Assembly (NCBI RefSeq): GCF_008831285.2
Contig: NC_045138.2
Span: 16,244,001 to 16,308,000 of the forward strand
Direction of reading: 5' to 3'
DNA: 64,000 nucleotides
Source of the DNA: Nymphaea colorata
Lineage: Eukaryota
Under the pieces are notes generated by a model, which was given only the letters and a program-made list of their open reading frames with translations, ran no database searches and was not told the DNA's origin. The position numbers were made by a program, and so were the translations under genes. Shown here one piece after another: positions 10,668 through 23,257 of this stretch; position 1 is the stretch's first letter, and each line of letters opens with the position of its first letter.

Positions 10668-12149
10668 GTTCTGAGCCACGGGAGGCCGCCGGCCAGTTCC
10701 GACGCTGCCCAAGTCGGCTCCTTAGTCGCAGCTGCAGCAGATGTATACTCGCGTTCTTAAAGGACGATATTTTACCCATTTTATCGCAATTTTCAGAACT
10801 TCCTTGTTAGATGTATATATTTCTTTCCCGGCGAGATTTGTGAATATGCTTGGGTTTCCGAGGATGAGGAATTCCCGTTTTCTTTGTTGAGATAATTGGT
10901 GTTTGGTGCGTTTGATAGTTAAATGGAATTACAAAATGAGAATAAAATTTGTATCATGGTTTTTCAATTTTGGGTGAGCAAGATGTTCATAGCATCATTG
11001 ATGGCAATGGTGCATCCTTCTTCAACACTTTAGTGTTGCACTTCATCATCTTAACTTTAAGAAATAAAATTATAACGCCTTTAAAAATCAAACTAAAAAC
11101 TGCCTGATCAGTTTCATTTTTTCATGTTCATTACTTTTCTTTGAGAGCCATAAGTAGTTTTTTAAAAAGATTGATAGACAAAAGCTTTTATTTTCAATGA
11201 AACATTATGAGGGTGCCCCTCATCACATTGACTTGGGCTTGTACCTTCTTACCATGGAAAGCGAAAGGAGTTGTTGGGAGTTTTTGTTTCTTAATGTTTA
11301 TGTGTACTTGATAGTCAATAATATGGTAAAGCCAAACGCAAGAAAGAAAAAAAGATTCAAATTGGTAATATTAAAAAAAAGAGAGATTCGAATTTAGAGT
11401 ATGGAGAGCTTGGTTTGGAAAATGAGACGCTTCAAAATTTTGAACAAGTGTTTGCTTGGTGGATCAATTAATCAAAATTGACTTAAATTGACTTTGGGGA
11501 CTGTAGATTGTGAATTTCGTTACTTCACGTTGATTTTTGGAGTCCTATTTTTGTGTTTTGAGGTTGAAAGGTAGACGTTATTGGAGAGAAGACCTGCTTG
11601 AATTTTCTTTAACCATCTTGACTTATTCTCAATTATGGGGATGTGAACAGGTCCGTCGGATTTGTTTATCGAATAGAAATCGAATCCATTAGTCAAGTTG
11701 AGTTAATTAAGAAAACAGGTTTTAGTTCCAGGCAAATTGGAAACACGGTTTGAATATCTGAATCCGAGATAAAATATTATGTCCAACAAGTATCTGACTT
11801 GATTATAAGTAAAAGTTGGATAGTAACCACTCTTGGATCCGAATCCAGTTTCCTAAAATTCAAGTCCAACTCCTAGCCTGACTCACAATAATGTGTATCG
11901 CACATCATTTTTTATGGTTTCTTACAACACTGGCAGGCCCCACTCATTGAATACATAGAGACTAGGAACTCTTGGGTTTTCTTTGATCATACAGCCATAT
12001 ATTCTTGGATGCAGGAGGTTAACAAACCACCACTTGAAAACTCCGTGCCCATGGAGTCTAGGGCTGCGTCGGGACTTGAGTAAGGTACGATACACCATTC
12101 AACTTAAATGTCGAGATCTCAACTTTTACGGCTCAAGAAAGCAGGACTT

Positions 12150-12790
12150 GCAAAAATCGAACATGCCATGTGCCTTCGATGCATTTGCCTGCTCTACCAA
12201 ATTTGCGAGGACCTATATTCCCTAAACAAAACTGCCGCCTATGGTTTGGGTTTGTATCGTTTACTCCTTTACCAAGATCCAAACTTCAGTTATGGGTGAT
12301 CAAGAGCCCTGATTTGGAGCAAGATCTTTGCAAAGTACCGATTGTTGTTTTCTATTCTAATAATGACATGTTGAGGGAAATAACTTTCAGTAAAAGATGA
12401 AAAATTGGGTCCCAACTTGTGAAAGCTTTCAAGATCTAATTAAAGTTGTCTTCTTTTCTTTAATCATTTTTTTTTAATTAAATTAATCGAACAGGAAAAG
12501 ACTTTGATGAGGCCCTTAAGCTATGCTTGATGAAGACAGGTGAGAAGTAGGCTCTGGGTTGACAAATGGAATGGCTCTATTCTTAACGGGAGGGTTCACT
12601 GGTAGAACCATGCAGCTATTGAAGGTGAGGTTGGGATGGAGGAAGATGTGTTGGAAGTTGCAATTCTTGTCAGGTGCTGACAGATTTGGTGGCATCGTAA
12701 TAAGGCTATTCATGAGAATGTAGACTATTCAAGAATCGAGATGAAGAATGATGTGTAGAGGTCGTGCATGGAAGCCTTTTGGAGTATCCA
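12150..12790 (+). mobile_element. Degenerate L1-type LINE ORF2 remnant
   Basis: Stop-interrupted frames contain C*QIWWHRNKAIHEN (12675-12719; W-x-IW-xx-RN-xx-IF motif downstream of plant LINE zf-RVT) and GLGL...LIWSKIFAKY (~12245-12340). Confidence 0.55.
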
Positions 12791-13115
12791 ATGAAACATG
12801 AAACTTCAGAGACTTGAAACATGAAAGAAGTTCTCATTTTTCAAACAGCATGATGTTCTAATATAGGATATGCAACTTCAGAATACAACATTAAGCACTT
12901 GATCGGTCAATCATACATGACAGAACGTTGTACACCATTCAAGTCCATGATTAATTCTTTTGGGAATATTCCAGTAAAACGATATTACTGAATTACATAA
13001 TGAATATTTATAATTACAGCGACCGCATCTGCATATGTATAGGGATGCAATTAAACAATTTATTCAGAGATCCTGAAGAAAGCTCATCTCCCGACTTCCA
13101 CAATTTCCATGGGTC

Positions 13116-16100
13116 TTATGCCTGAAACAGAAACAAAAAAAAAAAAACCCTGATCAACCATACTCTGATCAACCAATCATCTTAATGAAGAAAAACTAGC
13201 AAACTGCCAATATAACCTGAACCCATAAAACCAATAAAATCTTCATACATATTAACAGAAGAGTAGCAACAAACAAAATAGAAAATTTGTAACACACCCG
13301 ACCTGAACAACCCCACCAAGTACTGTAAAATTATAGGCAACAAAATAAAAATTCGAAAAGAAAAAGGGGGAAATTTACAAGCCTACCCATTTTTCAATAC
13401 CTGTTAAGTCGTGAACAAGTGATCCAAATGTTATAACTCAACATGCTACGCGTGTATTATGAAAGCAGTGCTTATGCTGTAAAAGAAGCACTGTGGTGTA
13501 AATGAAGTACATTCATGATCCTCCATTGTGTACTGACAAGCAACGGTTAAAATATCATTCTGCTCTATGAGCGGCAGCTGTTTGGGCAGTTCACAAGGTC
13601 ACCTCCTTGGATGAGGATGCAATTTAGAACACGGAGATTCTACCCCAGTTAGTAACTTAAACAGAAAAGTGAGAAATAGTGTGATCTCCTAATGAGAAGC
13701 AGTCATGACCACCTGAACAAGTCCATCTGCATGATTACATACAACATACAACTTTTCCTTTTAGAAGAATTCATTCATTCAGAAATATCTTAATGGAATA
13801 GCTAGTTCAGGCATATCATCCCAGCATGTGCACAATATGCGACATAGCAATGGCACTGAATTGTAAATCAGAGTTCAGTAATGCTATTTCTGTGGGTGGT
13901 AGTAATTTCATTATCTAAAATGAAGAACACTTCCCACGAAAGATTTGTTGAAAAATACCAGTAACGGGTAAACAGTGAACGACTTCTTTGTGGAAGCACA
14001 CAACCTTTTCTCAGGGCATGCTTAATACTTGTGGCTTCCTTTCATTTTGGAATGTCTATATCATTCCCACATTAAAGAAAGTTTGATTCCAAAGCTTAGA
14101 TCATCCCAGAGGAAGGGATCTATTAAGAAGATACCATAAAACTGTAAAAGGCAACAACCCATTATACAAGGTAAGCAAGTAAATGTGCAACTGGATGGCC
14201 AAGCTAAATCTAGATGCCACAAATTATTTAACCCCTCCTAACATGTCTTAAGAGCCTGCTCAGTTCCATTTCAGAGCCAAAACCAGATCACTATCAATGG
14301 CTAGACAAGAAGACACCCGTCCCCAGGTCCAACTAAATAAGTAAATAACAAACATAAGATAATCTGTAACACCAATCAATTCATTGTGCACCGTGAAATC
14401 AACATCTGTAGAAGTGCTCACTTTCAATTCTTGACCACACAGTGAAAAGCCACTAGTTTCATCATTCAGGAAGAAATATTTCCAAGAAAATTAATAAAAT
14501 ATCTTGAGTTTCAGGATTTCAGCTCTGCATAGACTCTCTTGATACAACTCTTTGTAACCATTGTTTCAATAATGTACGTCAAAGATTAATGTCAATGAGG
14601 AAAATGACCATCAATTTTCAAGAGCAGCCAGCATTGGAAGATTAATTGTTCAAAATCAAATTTCTACAACATATTCAATCTGAAAAAAGTAGATATCATG
14701 CATAAAGGATTCATTTCTATTACAACACGATCTCAACAAGAAAGCTGAAAACTCAATCAGAAAGAAATTCTTTTCCAACAACATCATGTTGAACAGAGTT
14801 GTTCCAATACTTTTCTGGTGCTCCGGAATCCTAGTAAAGATGAGTTCAGTAGTGCAACATGCATGTTGAACAGAGTATTGACAATTGGTTGCTAGGCACT
14901 CAGAGGATCCTAATAAACTTTTCACACACAAAGAAAATAGCCTGCAGTTTGCCATGAAAATTGCCTTGATAAGCATGATGTCCCATCAAATTTGCCTATG
15001 GAGAACAAATCCAGTGTTTCATTTAAGCTGTACTATCACATAATAAAATAGCTCTTTAGAGTATATATGGAACTCTCAACTGAAATGTGACTAGTAACCA
15101 GAGAATTAACTGAATAATTATTCAGAGTAAGCATCTACGTTAATTACGAGCCAAAGTGGTAACTGGTAAGACTACAATAATAGTATCCCTCATCTAGAGA
15201 CAACGAAAAGGAACAAGCCATCTATAGCATGATTCACTCCTTAGTCCAGCTTGAATGTGCTTAATGAAATATATTTCCCGATTATTCCATTATAAGCTCT
15301 AAGTAATGATACCTCGCTTCATGGCAAAAAGTGCACATCTGAGGCCTTGTTAAATCACAACAAGAACTAGCGTATACTAACTCTAAACACGAGATAAACA
15401 CCGTCTCTCTCAAAAAAATTCAACAATTGTTACACCAAACTCAAAGTGATTCTCATATCGCTTTTCGCAGTCAGCGCCTCTATGAAAGGGTCGGGCAAAT
15501 TATGGGATGCCGAAGTTTCATGCTAAATAGTTCGCCATCAGAGGAATCCATATTAAAGTGCTGTTTCAACCACAGAAAACCATTTCCTTATGGCAACCAA
15601 ACAAAAGAAGCACTTGGCAATAGTTGATTGCAAGTTAGACATTAAAAAAAACAAACTTCTAAAGTACCAGTGAATGATCCAAGCGAAACCCTAGGTCACC
15701 ATCCGAGATTTTTTTTTACAGTGAGCAGAGTAGCGAATTACCAGACAACCACGTAGACATCGAATTGAACTGTGACAGCTCCTATACAAAACAAATACGG
15801 AATATATTTACCAAAAAAACTTTAAAAAGGCAAACGATCCACGTATCCATAAACAGAAGAAATTGAGCTAAGAATCGGATATAGAAAATTATCTATAAAC
15901 ATGGTCGTTATTTTCTTGACCCAATAATATGAGGATATATGGAGAGAGAGAGGACCTCTGCAACTGCGACGGTGTTGGCCGATTTTTCCTCCTGCATATG
16001 ACTACACGCCTTGCTCTTGCAGGTGGGAATTTTTTGGAATTGCGTAATGGAAAGCTTCTCGGAAAGAGGGCCAACCTCGAACTCGACATAATCAGGTGGG

Positions 16101-16435
16101 TCGATCCTCATACCGGTGACGGACACCCAGATGAAGAACTTCTTAGCCTGGATTCCGGATATGTCGGAGATAGCGCCATAGGAGATCTTACCCGTAATCT
16201 TCTTCTCATAGTATGCCAAATTCTCGAAGTGGACGTAGCAGGGCCTCTCAAGCTCGATCACGAAGGACCCATCTTCCTCCAGGGAGTAACTCTTCACAGC
16301 ATCGGGCAATAGCCCCTTGGGAAGGCCATATTGGGGAAGAAGGTCGTGAACGGAAGGCGCTACTGATGACGAAATTACAGAGAGGGAGAGGAATGACGCA
16401 CAGATCAGCAAGAATTTGAGGCACCCACTTAACAT
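13116..16435 (-). CDS. Secreted DUF538 family protein (At5g01610-like); exons 16435-15956 and 13121-13116
   Basis: ATG 16435: MLSGCLKFLLICASFLSLSVISS signal peptide, then SVHDLLPQYGLPKGLLP..ITGKISYGAISDISGIQAKKFFIWV typical of DUF538. Donor GAG|GTCCTC at 15955, T-rich (sense) 2.8-kb intron, acceptor TTTGTTTCTGTTTCAG|GCATAA at 13122. The last exon is less certain; the unspliced frame stops at 15908. Confidence 0.85.
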
Positions 16436-17069
16436 TTTGCTGCCGAGATGAGAATTGATGAATGAACGACAAAGCTTTCCTTCAGGTCGCACACACCTCA
16501 CTGGGAAGGAGAGGATAAACTCCTATTTTAAAGGAAATGGATGCCTCCCAAGTCTCGTCGAGCCCTACAGTGGTAGGTGGGACGGATAGAGATTGACCCT
16601 CAAGTCGAGGAAAATGGTTCTTGTGCGTTTTTCTACGGTTCTTCTCTCCAGAGAGTCGATGGAATATAAATTCAACTTGGAAGAAAAGAAAAAAGGAAGC
16701 GTGCACGGTCTTACAAGCAGAAAAAAGAAATCAAGAAAATTTTCGATGACAAAAGAAATTACACGGTATGAGAATTGCGGCATCCGTGTAAAAGCCGAGC
16801 AACTTCCGGAAACAATGGAAGCAGTGAAGGACGACATACCCCCACCTTAGAGACACAACTGAAAAATTCGTTCGATAACGTCATTCTAATTGTTCTAAAT
16901 AGTCTACCCAATGGAAACTCTCCAATTTCTATTCGTGGACTGTGTGGATGAAGCCATGAGTGGTAGGCAGTAGGAAATTTCATGGCATGAACTCTTTGAT
17001 ACTAATCACTTCCGCTTTCAACTAGATGGTAGGATGAAATATCTTAAACAAAAGTCTTCAACTTCTATA

Positions 17070-17132
17070 TAGTCAAGCACAATTAAGATAAAAGTCTTCA
17101 GTTTCTATATAATCAAGAACAATTAAGATAAA
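17070..17132. repeat. 40-bp tandem duplication (about 1.5-2 copies)
   Basis: AAAAGTCTTCA..TTCTATATA.TCAAG.ACAATTAAGAT repeated with period 40. Confidence 0.7.
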
Positions 17133-18343
17133 GTTTCTTCTTGCCAGTCAAGTTGGGAATGAAGTTAAACACAAAATATAGGTCACCGGTTGCCTTCAAG
17201 TAATTTGAAAAAGGCCTTGGAACTTCGTCTCAAAGCCAAAAGAGATGTGGCATGAATGCAGCAATGTGCTCACAGATGCCTCATCGGATGGACAGGTGAA
17301 ACTCCCGAAGTGTTTTGCTTTGCTATAATCAGACAGGCAAGGAACTGCGTTGTGGGCAGAGGTCTTGGTCTCTAAATGTGCGCAGCTAGAAAAAGATCAA
17401 GCATGAGTGGGATAGGCACAAAGAAGATGCTGAAGAATCCCCAGTGTGATGTGCTAAATTTGTGCTTAAGCCAAAGCATCAATACACCAAGATGAAGATA
17501 ACTGTGATTTGGAGCATATAAAGGCTGCCCAAGCTTCGGCAATGAAGGAAATAGAAACCAGCCTTTCAAGGCGTAGGCAAAATTTTTGAAGCACGAATTT
17601 GGAATGACAAGTCCAACACGCAGAAGCAAAAGGCTTGTGCTTGTCCAAGCAAAGTTTGGCCTTCTATGAGCAACGAGAGATCAAATGATCCCATAAAAAA
17701 TGACGTATGAGGCGGATCTCACGCTGTATTTTGACTATATAAGAAACAAATAATGCGGCTAGCTATGGACAAGCAATGGGCAGTCAAGATTGTAATCTGA
17801 AACCATTGATATCGATAGTAGGAGTTGAAAATAAGAATATTGATGAGAAAAGATAGTGTGGACACCATGTTCTTGTTTTAAAAAATATTTCGTTATTATG
17901 TCGTTTATGAAGAATATTCATACTAACATAATACTTTTTGAAGTAATGATATAGAGTGTTCTTGAATTATGTGTTACAAAAATACTATTTTTTTTTATTG
18001 AACGAAGCCGAAAGACCATCCCAATTGCTTTGAAGGTGAATGTTATGTATTAGAAGTTTGTTGAGAAGAAGCAACTCCAAAGATAATAAAATGATCGACA
18101 TCTCCTGGATGAGTTGTCTGTAGAAGGAATCAAAAGTGGATGGTTGAAGGATGATGTGTCTAGACTTTAAGTGCATACTGGTGGACAGACTATCATACAT
18201 ACTTTATGTGTTTAGACAACAAAATCAGGTTTTAAACACTCACAAAATTTTGGGTAATAGAAAAAACTGGTAGATAGATTTGTCTTGACAGCATTGATTC
18301 ATATCAACAAAATATCTGTGTCATCGCATATATATAGAAAATT

Positions 18344-18553
18344 TGAATGGTGACCCTCAAAATCACCTAGTTCACTCTTGAGGGCTGTTCAACTCATCCT
18401 GATGGATAGTTGATAGAAAAACAAGAGAAAAATTATGATATTTCATCATATATTATTAGTTTCATTTTTTCTTATTGTTTTTCTCCATTATGATAGATCA
18501 AATGGTCCTTATGAGTGAATTAGGTGACTTAAGATACCAAGAGTCAACATTCA
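18344..18553. mobile_element. Fold-back MITE (~210 bp) lying between TA runs
   Basis: Left arm TGAATGGTGACCC..AAATCACCTAGTTCACTCTTGAGG..GATGGA..GAAAAACAA is the imperfect reverse complement of the right arm along most of its length. (TA)n at ~18328-18336 and 18559-18576. Confidence 0.7.
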
Positions 18554-19139
18554 CTTCATATATATATATATATATAACAGTATATTATTTTTCTCTATAG
18601 TTCTGATGATGGTGTCCCTTGGCTTCTACCAATTCTTGTGAAAAATCACGTCATAGAAAGTCAGGCATGAGAATCTGTGAGAGTTGAAACTTAAAATGAC
18701 TTGAACTTGCCACTTTCATATTTTAACCCTTTTAAATCTTGACTTGCTTTTCAAACAAATTTGTTGTCTTCCAACTTTTAGCTTTTTAATTCAAGCCAAC
18801 CAAAGGCACTTCAGTTCGGTCACCAAAAACAAAATTCAGTTATCATGTACAGGCGTGCCTGTACATTACTAAAGGAAAATTAGTTGAAAATGCAAAATTG
18901 TATAAGTTCCAATTTAGTTGTTTCTCTGTCCTGAGCTGCTAATTATTAAGAATCACAAGTCAAGCGACTGGTTCTTAAAGAGTTCTACGAACTGCATTAT
19001 AAAAAAAGTTAACATGAAAACATTGCAAGATTTTAGTATCGATTGTCATAAAAGGTCTTCAAGTAATGATTTAACCAGTATGTGATCTCTTTATACGCTA
19101 AGCTTATGAGCACATGCACAAAACCTTGCTTCTCACTAG

Positions 19140-19544
19140 TAAGGATGTATGGATCAGATTTAAGTTAAATATACTTCATTTATTATTTTTAGATATTCAT
19201 ATGTTCAGATTTGAATTCGGAGTCAAATAAGAATGAAGAAAAGTTATATCAGAATCCGAAATCCGATTTCGCAATTAGAATCGGATCTGATTTTTTTATC
19301 GTTCACATCCAAATCGATCCAAATTTTAAACCAACTCTCACTACTTTCAAAATATAAAGGATATTAGATGTATACTCCAAACTAAATATGAATCTAAATC
19401 TGATAAGATATTTATGTATATTCGAATTCGCATCAGAATCCGATTTTATTTCTTAATTAGATATTAGTTTTTTTTCCATAACCAACTCTTTTGGAATGGT
19501 TGGGTCGGATTATTTGATCCAAATTGAATATATTGATATCCCAA
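19140..19544. mobile_element. hAT-type MITE
   Basis: Termini TAAGGATGT ... GATATCCCAA (degenerate TAGGGATG/CATCCCTA type), 8-bp target duplication CTCACTAG / CTCACTGG, internal ATCCGA/TCGGAT repeats. Confidence 0.75.
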
Positions 19545-20100
19545 CTCACTGGCAACTCGTCAGACAACACCTTTACAATGAACTTACCAATGCCTAAACA
19601 ATTGAACCAACTTAATTATTATCCATCAAGATCTATGTCCACCAGCCAACGAATTCTATGCTGAAGGTTCGAGTTATTTTAATCATAAATCCCTTGAAGT
19701 CATCTATTAATCATGAAACTACGAACTCATTTGCCCAATGTTCTGTCAAATCCTGAAGTAACAAATAGTTCCATGCGCGGAGTCTCAAACAATGAATCTT
19801 TCACAGCATTTTTTTTTTCATTGAGAATCACGTTAAGGTTTGAGATGAAGCCTGATAAAACTATTAATTGTTAATTATCGCAGTCATCTTCCATGAAATT
19901 AAACTGTAAGTTTAGTATAAGTTTTAGTTTATACAAGTATAATTTCAAAGATTATGGAGTTTCGAGTCCTTATCCCATGCCTACTTAACAACAGAACACA
20001 TGCTAAGTGATGATGTGTCATCAACCCAGTTAATCCTTCATGAGTCAGCCGCCAGTAACAAAGACACTGCCATGTGGTAATTCCTTTCACAAGCTACCAG

Positions 20101-20108
20101 TACGTGGC
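20101..20108 (+). promoter_or_regulatory. ABRE (ABA-responsive element) upstream of the LEA gene
   Basis: TACGTGGC about 140 nt upstream of ATG 20245, as expected for a LEA promoter. Confidence 0.6.
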
Positions 20109-20244
20109 TGCTCTTCATCCAAAGGCAACAGATTCTCGGGTGTCCTGAAAAACCCGTCCTCTTCTACTTGTCTTCTTCAATTTCGGTAGTCCTATATGGG
20201 AGAGTGATCGGTGGGGAGAGCTCATCGAATAGAAGGATACGATC

Positions 20245-21527
20245 ATGGCGTCTATGCAAGAGCAAAGAGAGAGAGAAGCAGCTGAAGCAGAGAGACAAGC
20301 CGCAGACAAGGTAGACAGGAGTGTTGATGCCCATGAGGGGGAAGGAGAGGAACAGCAGAGGCGGCCTGGTATCATGGGGACCATCCAGGAGGGCACTGCC
20401 TCCTTTCTAAAGAAAGTCACAGGCAAGGCCCAAGAAACTGGAGAGAAGGCCAGGGAGACGAAGGATGCTGCTGTCGAGAAAGCTGGGGAGTACAAGGATT
20501 CTGCCTCTCAGAGGGCCAAAGAAACCAAAGACTCTGCCATGGAGAAGGTTCGAGATACCAAAGATTCAACTGCAGAGAAGTTAGGCGAGACGAAGGATGC
20601 TGCAGGAGAGAAGGCTTCCCAAGCCAAGGATGCCGCAGCAGGCACGATGCAGGACTACAAAGAACAGGCGGGAAAGGCGAAAGATGCTGCTGCAGAGAAG
20701 GCTCGAGGGTACAAGGACACGCCCGCAGAGAAGGCTCGAGAGTATAAGGACAGTGCTACGCAAAAGGATCGAATGTATGAGGACTTAGTTGCAGATGCCG
20801 CAGCACCTACTAAGGTTGCTGGTGCGGGTGACAAAGAAAAGGCTAAGCAGAGAAGTTCAGAGGCAACTGAATCTGCCAAGGTAATCGATCACTGTTTCTT
20901 TTTAAGCTTCTTTGCTCTTGCATTCATTTCAGTACCGTTTTTCCATTATATCTACTGGTGTCAAGTTCTATTTTCTGAATGGGTGTTCACTTCTAGCCAT
21001 TTGAGGATAGGTAGATGTCGTGCATGGGCACTGGCCATTGTTCGTGCACCACTTAATGGTGGTATCATATATCCTGTAATCGAATCTGATGCAGGAGAGA
21101 ACAAAGGAGACGGAGGAGAGCGCGAAGAAGAGAATGGAGGAACTCAAGTTGAAGGAGAGGGAAACGAAGGAAGAGAGGGGACGCAAGGCAGAAGAGACTA
21201 AAGCTGCTGCTCAAGAGAAGTGTGTATCTTTTCACTGATGCTGTTGTTAGGTACCTCTGCAGCTTGCTTTCTGACTTCCTTGCCGGAAAATGCAGGTCTG
21301 ACGAAGCGAAAGGGTCGATATTCAACAAGATCGGAGGGGTGGCAGAGGCTATTAGGGAGAAGATATCAGGTGTGCAGGAGGAGGCGGAGAGGAGGCAAGA
21401 AGAAGATGAGGCCCTGACTGCAACAACAGAGGGAGAGGAGGCGGTGTTGGCTGCTCAAATGGAAGACCCTTACAGGGCGAAGAGTGATGATGTTGGCGTG
21501 GTTGGGTGTGGAGCGGAGGGAATATAA
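20245..21527 (+). CDS. Group 3 LEA protein (ECP63-like); exons 20245-20880, 21095-21219, 21296-21527
   Basis: Hydrophilic 11-mer repeats (TKDAAVEKAGE, YKDSASQRAKE) and RPGIMGTI motif. GT-AG introns restore the frame: AK|ERTKETEESAKKRMEELKL..QEK|SDEAKGSIFNKIG..GAEGI*. Confidence 0.9.
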
Positions 21528-23257
21528 TAATACGAATCTCTCTATCTGTCTCTGTGCCGGACTGGCTCTGTTCTGTTTCTAAGTGTTATCTGTGTATGGT
21601 TTTTGAGTTTTATTCGTCTGTTTGTTTCTGTAGAATGAACTTTCAAAGGAAATGTAAGGAAAATCTGATTAATCTCCCTCATGGGTGGTTATGGTTGCAT
21701 CCAATCGAATCTGTCTGCTCATGTTCATGATCAAGGAATCCACTGGCGACAAGAAGATGGAAGAAGAGTTGATTGAAAACTGTTTTGTTGAAACATTTCG
21801 GACATGGATACAATTGGATTCTTTAGGTGAAGGAACTGACCAGAATGCATCAGACGTCTATTACAGAAAGAAAATGAATCAAGATTACATCATATGCAAA
21901 AATCAAAGAAGAGGTTTATCAAATATGATTCTCATTACTTATATTGTGCCGATGGAGTGCAGTTACATCGCGCATGATAGATGTGCCGTGCGGCGCAGTG
22001 GTGAACTAGTTCATTGTCCTTGTTTAGGATGTTTGAAGGGAAATCTAACAATGGAATCTACTCCTAGATCGGAGCCAGACGTTATTGAACCAGATCACAG
22101 TTAAGACATATAGCAATGAATTCCAAGTATATAGTACTATTGTGATATTGCAAGCTTCGATGTGTCAGAAGGTTGGAAAAATATATAATAGTTTCTTTTA
22201 TACAATATAGTGTATAAAAAGGAAGACTGAATCTTAAATTTTACCAAATCTTAGTAAATATGATATTTTTTATTACAAAAAATTAAATTGTATTGCTAAA
22301 AGTACTATAAATAGTTGCTAAAAGCATTATAAAATGTTTTAACATTATAAATGATTATTCATGTTCTCATAGCTACTGTTTGTTAGCGATAAATTTTCAA
22401 TCTTCAACCATGTGCAAACAACGCAACAATTAAGTCAATAATTAGTCATTGTTTGGGATATAAATCTGAAATGATTAAGCAATTGAAAAGTAGTAACTAA
22501 TTGTAACATTGTCTCACTTTTCGGCAGTGGAGATGCCAACAGAAGAGTGTGTGATGAAAATCAGAAGCATAAGAATATTCTATAAATTTACTTTAATCGT
22601 AGGGAGAGTTGAATAGTTGGGTGAAACACTGTAGACCAGGGGAAATGGTACAGATTTCTACTCTTTTAACAAACACCAAAAAATTTAAAACTTACCCTCT
22701 CCCGATTTAGAGTTGTAGATGGTTTTAGAGTTGTGGATTGCAACGATTCAGCAGCCTTGCAGACATATCGAAAGCCACATAGACGGCTGCTTCTCCTTTC
22801 TTCAGTTTTCTTCTCCCAGGTAAAAAAATTAGTATCATATCTAACATTTTAATACTTTTAATATCTACAGCTGGTTTTTTATGTTAATGCATAAAAAAGT
22901 GAATGCATGTTAATTTCATTACCATATAAATATATCCTTCAGATTTATTAAATAGACGTGTTCTTGCATATTAACTGCAAAAGTATTGATAAACACATGT
23001 GTAATAGCTAGTTATTTAATTGTTTTCTTCTCGTTCTCTCACTAGCCATTAAACGCCATTGAATTTTTTTTTGGTGAACAGAAATTTCAACTCTCCCACC
23101 TTTTACCAAGGAAATTCTTTCTGGTGAAATTTCACGTCGAAACGAAGAGAAATAAACAAACGGCCTCTAGATATCTGAACCACATGGAGGACAGCAGCCC
23201 ATGCAATGGCCTCATGGTGAGAACCCTTCGGGCCTCGGAGGCAGAGAGGAGAGAGCT

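Noticed and set aside
9857..10712. Overlapping 248-aa, 145-aa and 75-aa alternative-frame or antisense ORFs
   Set aside because: Expected shadow ORFs of a very GC-rich CDS; no motifs.
20881..21201. Hydrophobic C-terminal tail of the 318-aa LEA ORF
   Set aside because: Read-through of intron 1 (AAG|GTAATC); splicing restores LEA-type sequence.
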